Shown in pieces: positions 62,359 to 64,000 of a DNA stretch of 64,000 bases. The notes under the pieces are model-generated. The model searched no databases, was not told the origin of the DNA, and saw nothing but the letters and a program-made list of their open reading frames with translations. Location: contig JAHIPV010000020.1 of the NCBI GenBank assembly GCA_018902845.1, positions 74,810 to 138,809 of the forward strand, written 5' to 3'. Position 1 is the stretch's first letter; every line of letters starts with the position of its first letter. This stretch comes from Patescibacteria group bacterium. GTDB taxonomy: Bacteria > Patescibacteriota > Microgenomatia > UBA12405. A program made the translations under genes and the position numbers.

Positions 62359-64000
62359 TTAAGTTTTTGTTTGAGATAGTGTGTGGTGTGGGAAGATTTG
62401 GATTTTAGGATATCTTGAAGCGTGCCTTGGGTAACTATTTGGCCTCCTTTGTTTCCTCCTTCCGGCCCCAAATCAATTATCCAATCCGCATTTTTTATTA
62501 TTTCCTGATTGTGTTCAATAATGACAACACTATTGCCTTTGTCTGCTAAACGTCGCAAAACCTTTATTAATTTTTCAATATCATAAAAATGGAGACCGGT
62601 GGTGGGCTCGTCAAAAATGTAAAGGGTGTGAATGTTTTTTACTTTTACCAATTCTCGACTGATTTTTAACCTTTGTGACTCCCCTCCCGAAAGAGTATTG
62701 GAAGCTTGACCCAGTTCCAGGTAACCCAAGCCCACTTCTTGAAGCGTGTTTAAGCTTTTTTTTATTCTGGGAACATTTTCGAAAAAAACTTCTGCCTCAT
62801 CTATGGTGAGTTCTAAAACTTGGGCAATATTTTTGCCTTTGTATTCTACTTCCAGAGTTTCTTCTTTAAAACGGGTGCCGTGACATTCGTCACAAGTGAC
62901 ATAAACATCGGGTAAAAATTGCATTTCTATTTTTATTTGGCCTTGACCCCGACAAGCTTGACAACGGCCACCTTTGACATTAAATGAAAAATGACCGGCT
63001 TGGTAGCCTCTGATTTGAGATTCAACAGTTCTGGAAAAAATTGCTCTTATTTCGTCAAAAATTTTTGTATATGTAGCCGGGTTGCTACGAGGAGTACGAC
63101 CAATTGGTGATTGGTCAACCAGCAAAATATCACCGATGTTTTCAATTCCTTTGATTTCTTTGTAATCACCGACTACGCCTCGATAAGCTGGATTGAAATG
63201 CTTGCGAATGGCACCATAAAGAGTGTCGTGGACTAAAGTTGATTTACCGGATCCGGAAACACCGGTGACACAAACAAGTTTGTTTAGGGGTAAGTTTAGG
63301 GTGATGTTTTTTAGATTCCATTGAGTGCAGTTGGTGATGGTAAGAAGGGCTGTGTCATCGCGGGATGAAATTCCGTCATTCTGAGGTGAAGCCGAAGAAT
63401 CTCGTTGTTGGTTCTGATAACTATGGGATCCTTCGCCGTGCTCAGGATGACGGTGGAGAAGCTTAGGGTTACGGCGGGAAGATAAATATTCTCCGGTTAG
63501 GGAGTTGGAATTCTTTTTGATTTGAGCTAAAGTACCTTGGGCTATTACTTGACCGCCATCTTTACCGGCAAGAGGGCCAAAATCAACAATGTAATCGGCT
63601 GATTTTATGACTTCTTCGTCATGTTCTACCACTATAACACTGTTACCCAAATCTCTTAGCCTATTTAGAGTTTTTATGAGCCTTTGGTTGTCGCGGGGAT
63701 GAAGACCAATAGTTGGTTCGTCCAGGATATAAAGAACACCGCTAAGACCGGTGCCGATTTGACTGGCAAGTCTGATACGCTGAGACTCGCCACTTGATAA
63801 GGTTCCGGCTTCTCTTTCCAGCGATAAATAATCAAGACCAACGCTTAATAAAAATTCCAGCCTAGTATTAATTTCATTTTTAATGGGGATTAATATCTCC
63901 TTTTCTTGGTTGCTATTTAAACTTTTGTGCAAATCCCCTACCCAATTTAATAATTTACTGATTGATAATTGGCAGAGCTGATAAATGTTTTTTTCATTAA
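62355..64000 (-). CDS. uvrA: Excinuclease ABC subunit A, C-terminal ~two-thirds; the N-terminus is beyond the window. It carries an in-frame repeat insertion.
   Basis: Second ABC module (GVSGSGKSTL, LSGGESQR), a UvrA zinc finger CQACRGQGQ..CDECHGTRF and signature 1 LSGGESQRIRLASQIG. The insert at 63373..63452 encodes HRHPEHGEGSHSYQNQQRDSSASPQND. Confidence 0.85.
   Translation of the reverse strand, partial: NEKNIYQLCQLSISKLLNWVGDLHKSLNSNQEKEILIPIKNEINTRLEFLLSVGLDYLSLEREAGTLSSGESQRIRLASQIGTGLSGVLYILDEPTIGLHPRDNQRLIKTLNRLRDLGNSVIVVEHDEEVIKSADYIVDFGPLAGKDGGQVIAQGTLAQIKKNSNSLTGEYLSSRRNPKLLHRHPEHGEGSHSYQNQQRDSSASPQNDGISSRDDTALLTITNCTQWNLKNITLNLPLNKLVCVTGVSGSGKSTLVHDTLYGAIRKHFNPAYRGVVGDYKEIKGIENIGDILLVDQSPIGRTPRSNPATYTKIFDEIRAIFSRTVESQIRGYQAGHFSFNVKGGRCQACRGQGQIKIEMQFLPDVYVTCDECHGTRFKEETLEVEYKGKNIAQVLELTIDEAEVFFENVPRIKKSLNTLQEVGLGYLELGQASNTLSGGESQRLKISRELVKVKNIHTLYIFDEPTTGLHFYDIEKLIKVLRRLADKGNSVVIIEHNQEIIKNADWIIDLGPEGGNKGGQIVTQGTLQDILKSKSSHTTHYLKQKLN
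63373..63452. repeat. Long family-B variant in-frame in uvrA
   Basis: ccgtcattctgaggtgaagccgaagaatctcgttgttggttctgataactatgggatccttcgccgtgctcaggatgacgg. Confidence 0.9.

Noticed and set aside
1-64000. Diversity-generating retroelement (common in CPR genomes) as an explanation for the repeated segments
   Set aside because: There is no reverse transcriptase ORF and no template/variable repeat pair with adenine-specific mismatches. The repeats are many-copy and near-identical rather than a single TR/VR pair.
763-64000. That RHPE..EGS and QSPAGG are genuine conserved protein motifs rather than repeat insertions
   Set aside because: The underlying nucleotide sequences recur nearly identically in non-coding positions and in unrelated proteins in different frames. 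This points to DNA-level mobility, not protein-level conservation.

Overview
This is a 64 kb AT-rich (~33% GC) bacterial window with nearly all genes on the minus strand and no rRNA, tRNA or CRISPR. The gene content and repeat architecture look like a Candidate Phyla Radiation-type genome with the standard genetic code, since RF2 is present. Positions 1..37100 form one very large cell-surface glycosylation island. It holds 12 large polytopic GT-C-type membrane proteins, 11 GT2 genes, 2 GT4 genes, a Wzx-like flippase, a B12-binding radical SAM enzyme, a methyltransferase and a GIY-YIG gene. Seven of the GT-C proteins are ArnT/protein-O-mannosyltransferase-like GT39 paralogues with the N-terminal DE motif, and five of these lie in a tandem run. 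Two more are PTPS-related and one is YfhO-like. Downstream are cell-envelope and housekeeping genes: ftsE-ftsX-M23 peptidase, an LCP protein, prfB, HicB/HicA, a cyclophilin lipoprotein, HIT, DHH/NrnA, Fic, secA, serS, a lysS fused to an HD domain, greA, a sortase-like gene, an archaeal-type tyrS, uvrC and partial uvrA. The most unusual feature is an extremely dense, mosaic population of short interspersed repeat modules, over 60 copies in 64 kb. The modules are a GNRA-tetraloop GC hairpin GGGCGACC-GCAA-GGTCGCCC, GGATCC[T/C]TCG...CTC[A/G]GGATGAC[G/A] modules, a CCCCCTGCGGGTGACTGCG module, and ~105-nt composite leader elements. They sit in intergenic regions and also in-frame inside conserved genes including uvrA, uvrC, the radical SAM gene, the M23 peptidase, and the GT2 and GT39 genes. 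There they encode recurring peptides (RHPE..EGS, QSPAGG, GATLAVAR, SSRAKLL x4, SPRNRQKQQRDSSASPQND), and in several genes they supply the start codon, the C-terminus or the stop codon. Other notable signals are variable-number 8-bp tandem repeats immediately upstream of several start codons, and -10 boxes 6-9 nt upstream of ATG codons with no Shine-Dalgarno sequence.
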